NCBI GenBank assembly: GCA_963705305.1
Contig: OY970067.1
Coordinates: 2,688,001-2,752,000, forward strand
DNA from: an uncultured Methylomirabilota bacterium
Lineage (GTDB): Bacteria; Methylomirabilota; Methylomirabilia; Methylomirabilales; 2-02-FULL-66-22
Direction of reading: 5' to 3'
DNA: 64,000 nt
Below, in pieces: positions 61,338 through 64,000 of this stretch; positions within the stretch are counted from its first letter, which is position 1, and the number at the start of each line of letters is the position of its first letter. The notes under the pieces were generated by a model. The model searched no databases. It was given only the letters and a program-made list of their open reading frames with translations, and was not told the origin of the DNA. Made by a program: the position numbers and the translations under genes.

Positions 61338-62825
61338 ATGGATGCCGCGCAGAATGGGTCGCCGCGCATGACCCGTGAGGCCAGCCGGAAGAAGGTCCGG
61401 GTGGCGCTCATCTCCGCCCTGGCAACCGTCGTGCTGGTGGCCGCCAAGGCGCTGGTGGGCTGGAGGACCGGCAGCCTGGGCATTCTCTCGGATGCCGCCC
61501 ACTCGGGGATGGACCTCGTCGCGACGATCATCACCCTGTTCGCCGTCCGAGTCGCGGACCTCCCGGCCGACCAGGAGCACCACTACGGCCACGGAAAGGT
61601 GGAGAATCTGTCGGCGCTCTTCGAGACCGGCCTGCTGCTGCTCACCTGTCTCTGGATCATCTCCGAAGCCCTGGAGCGGCTGCTCTGGAAGCCGGCGGAG
61701 ATCGAGCTGACGTGGACCGCATTTGCCGTGGTGGTCGGCTCCATCCTGGTGGACCTCTCCCGCTCGCGGGCATTGGCGCGGGTCGCGGCAGAGACGGGAA
61801 GCCAGGCGCTGGAAGCGGATGCGCTCAACTTCCGCACGGACATCTGGGGATCCCTGACCGTCCTCGTCGGTCTGGGCGGCGTCTGGGCGGGCCGACACTG
61901 GGGCCTCGCCACGCTGTTCCTCGCAGATGCCGTCGCCGCCATCCTGGTGGCCGGCCTGGTGCTGACGGTCGGGATCCGCCTGGGAAAACGGGCGGTCGAC
62001 GCCCTATTGGACCGGGCCCCCGCCGAGTTGGTGGACCAGGTTCGGGCCGCCATCGTGAGCGTCCCCGGCGTGCGCCCGCCCATGAGCCTGCGCGCCCGCA
62101 CGGTGGGCCCCCGTCTTTTTGTGGACGCGGCGGTGTCCATCGGGCGGGGCGCCTCCTTCGAGGAGTCCCACGCGGTGGTCAGCGAGGTGGAGGAGCGAAT
62201 CCGGGCTGTGGCCCCCGACGCCAGCATCGTGATCCACGCAGAGCCTCTCAGGCCCTCCAACGAGAGTCTGGCGGAGGCGATCCGGCTGATCGTCGACCGG
62301 CATGCCGCCGGCGCGCACGACATGCTGCTCTACGAGGAGGCTGGGCGACAATGCGTGGATCTCCACCTGGAGGTTGCGGGAGACATGCCGCTGGTGGCCG
62401 CCCATACCGTCACAGAGCGGATCGAGGCGGACCTTCGCCACGACTATCCCTCCATCGGACAGGTGAACATCCACATGGATCCTGTGCGGCCGATTCGCCA
62501 GAGCAGGATTCCCGCCGAGGACGACGTGGCGACCCTGGCGGCCCGGCTATGGGCCCTGGCGGTGGCCATCCCGGGGATTCGGGACTGCAGACGGGTCTCG
62601 GTGCGCCGCATCCGAGGTGGACTCTGGCTCGCCTGCCAGTGCGCCATGGATCGGGGATTGTCGGTGCGCGAGGCGCACGAGCTTGGGCTCGAGCTGGGCC
62701 GGAGAGCCCGGCGGGAGATCCCGGGAGTCGAGCGGGTCACGGTGCGGGCGATCCCCGAGACGGACTCGAGCGTGGAAAAACCGGGAGGCAGCGGCGCAGC
62801 GGAGCGGACGGGCGAAACCGCCTAA
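61338..62825 (+). CDS. Cation diffusion facilitator transporter with extended C-terminus
   Basis: SDAAHSGMD, HHYGHGKVE, ALEADA; repeated dimerisation-domain patterns. Confidence 0.92.
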   Translation: MDAAQNGSPRMTREASRKKVRVALISALATVVLVAAKALVGWRTGSLGILSDAAHSGMDLVATIITLFAVRVADLPADQEHHYGHGKVENLSALFETGLLLLTCLWIISEALERLLWKPAEIELTWTAFAVVVGSILVDLSRSRALARVAAETGSQALEADALNFRTDIWGSLTVLVGLGGVWAGRHWGLATLFLADAVAAILVAGLVLTVGIRLGKRAVDALLDRAPAELVDQVRAAIVSVPGVRPPMSLRARTVGPRLFVDAAVSIGRGASFEESHAVVSEVEERIRAVAPDASIVIHAEPLRPSNESLAEAIRLIVDRHAAGAHDMLLYEEAGRQCVDLHLEVAGDMPLVAAHTVTERIEADLRHDYPSIGQVNIHMDPVRPIRQSRIPAEDDVATLAARLWALAVAIPGIRDCRRVSVRRIRGGLWLACQCAMDRGLSVREAHELGLELGRRARREIPGVERVTVRAIPETDSSVEKPGGSGAAERTGETA

Positions 62826-62861
62826 CAAGGTCAAACGATCGTTCAGGGAGCGTCAGGGCGT

Positions 62862-63680
62862 ATGCCGGAATTGCCGGAGGTCGAAGTGATCCGGCGGGAT
62901 CTGGTTCCCCATGTGGTGGGGCGCCGGGTTCGATCCGCCGCCATCAGCGAAGCGCGCCTCACCCGTCGCCGCGGCACGCCGTCCGAGCTGGAAAAACTCC
63001 TGGCGGGCCGGCGGATACGAGCCCTGGACCGGCGGGGAAAGTTCTTCCTGTTCGAGCTCGAAGGGGTGACCCTGGTCGTGCGTCTGGGAATGACGGGCCA
63101 GCTGTTGTGGTGGGAAGCCGCCGACCGGTTCCGGCCGGACGGCTACACCCACGCCCGCCTCATGCTTGCCGGCGGCGGCGTCCTATCCTACCGGGATCCC
63201 CGAAAATTCGGTGAGATGTTCGGCCTGCCGACGGGGGACGTGGAGCGAGTGCTGCGGCTGGGGGTGGAGCCGCTGGGGCCGACGTTCACGGTGGATAAGC
63301 TGCGCCGGATCTGCCGATCCCCCGCGCGGATCAAGCCGCTGCTCTTGGATCAGACCAGAATCGCCGGCATCGGGAACATCTACGCAGACGAGGCGTTGTT
63401 CCGGGCCGGGATCCGGCCGACCCGCCGGGCGGCCAGGCTGCGCAGGACGGAGATCCAGGCACTGCGGGACGCCATCCAGGCTGTCCTGCGGGATGGAATC
63501 CGCCACCGGGGGAGTTCGATCCGGGACTACCGGGATGCCGCGGGAACGCCGGGCCGTTTTGCGTCCCTGCACCGGGTGTATCATCGACACGGGCAGCCGT
63601 GCCTGACCTGCGGAACACCGATCCGGAGGATCCTGTTGGGACAGCGCGGCACCCACTTCTGTCCGACCTGCCAGCACTGA
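62862..63680 (+). CDS. mutM: Formamidopyrimidine-DNA glycosylase
   Basis: MPELPEVE, RRGKF, LGMTG, AGIGNIYADE, C-terminal zinc finger. Confidence 0.97.
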   Translation: MPELPEVEVIRRDLVPHVVGRRVRSAAISEARLTRRRGTPSELEKLLAGRRIRALDRRGKFFLFELEGVTLVVRLGMTGQLLWWEAADRFRPDGYTHARLMLAGGGVLSYRDPRKFGEMFGLPTGDVERVLRLGVEPLGPTFTVDKLRRICRSPARIKPLLLDQTRIAGIGNIYADEALFRAGIRPTRRAARLRRTEIQALRDAIQAVLRDGIRHRGSSIRDYRDAAGTPGRFASLHRVYHRHGQPCLTCGTPIRRILLGQRGTHFCPTCQH

Positions 63681-64000
63681 ACCGGCACGCCCAGGCGCGG
63701 GCGACCGCAGCCGTCACCCTCGATCTCTCTCGAGGACGAGGATGCCGAGCATCTCCGAGCCGCCTGAAAGCCCGGGATCCTGTGCGGTGGGACCCGGGGC
63801 AGCCATGCCGTCCCGCCGCACCCTCCCTTCCGGGTCCTTCATCCCGTGACGCTCACCTCGCCGCCCGGAAACGCGCAGTCCCACATCCCGGAGGAGCTCC
63901 GCGGGCCGCGGCCGCGCCCTGGCGCTGATCGGACGCGATTCGCTGGAAAGGCCGAACGTTTGACATTGACACAGAGGATCGCCCTTCGATAGGCTCACGC

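Overview
This is a GC-rich bacterial chromosome segment from a diderm. Gene order suggests a Methylomirabilota/Rokubacteria- or deltaproteobacteria-like lineage, which is inference only. Most of it is + strand housekeeping: tpiA-secG-oligopeptide ABC transporter, tRNA-Leu(GAG), signalling genes, an FG-GAP protein and a large porin, PAP2/ArnT envelope genes, lepA-lepB, CIRCE-hrcA-grpE-dnaJ-rsmE, a stand-alone 5'-3' exonuclease, coaE, rho, rpmE, prfA-prmC-murA-hisGDCBHAF-(adenosine kinase-like)-hisIE, rpsU-yqeY-mutS2-dnaG-rpoD-tRNA-Ile2, zinc-ribbon/RNase HI/DciA, sigma54-type promoter-lpxC, an NtrY/NtrX-like pair, a HAD hydrolase, a CDF transporter and mutM. Mobile and repeat DNA includes a complete group IIC intron inserted directly after a terminator, an IS1202-like element with a 17-bp target duplication, a MITE, and a decayed accessory island after tRNA-Ile2. 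A dispersed family of 7/14-bp periodic palindromes is also present, with one copy in frame inside arnT. The most interesting signal is an unannotated 19-aa His-rich leader peptide with mutually exclusive RNA hairpins. It lies upstream of prfA, not hisG, and suggests histidine attenuation of a prfA-prmC-murA-his operon. Five genes carry single-base +1 frameshifts; at least those in housekeeping genes are probably sequencing artefacts.
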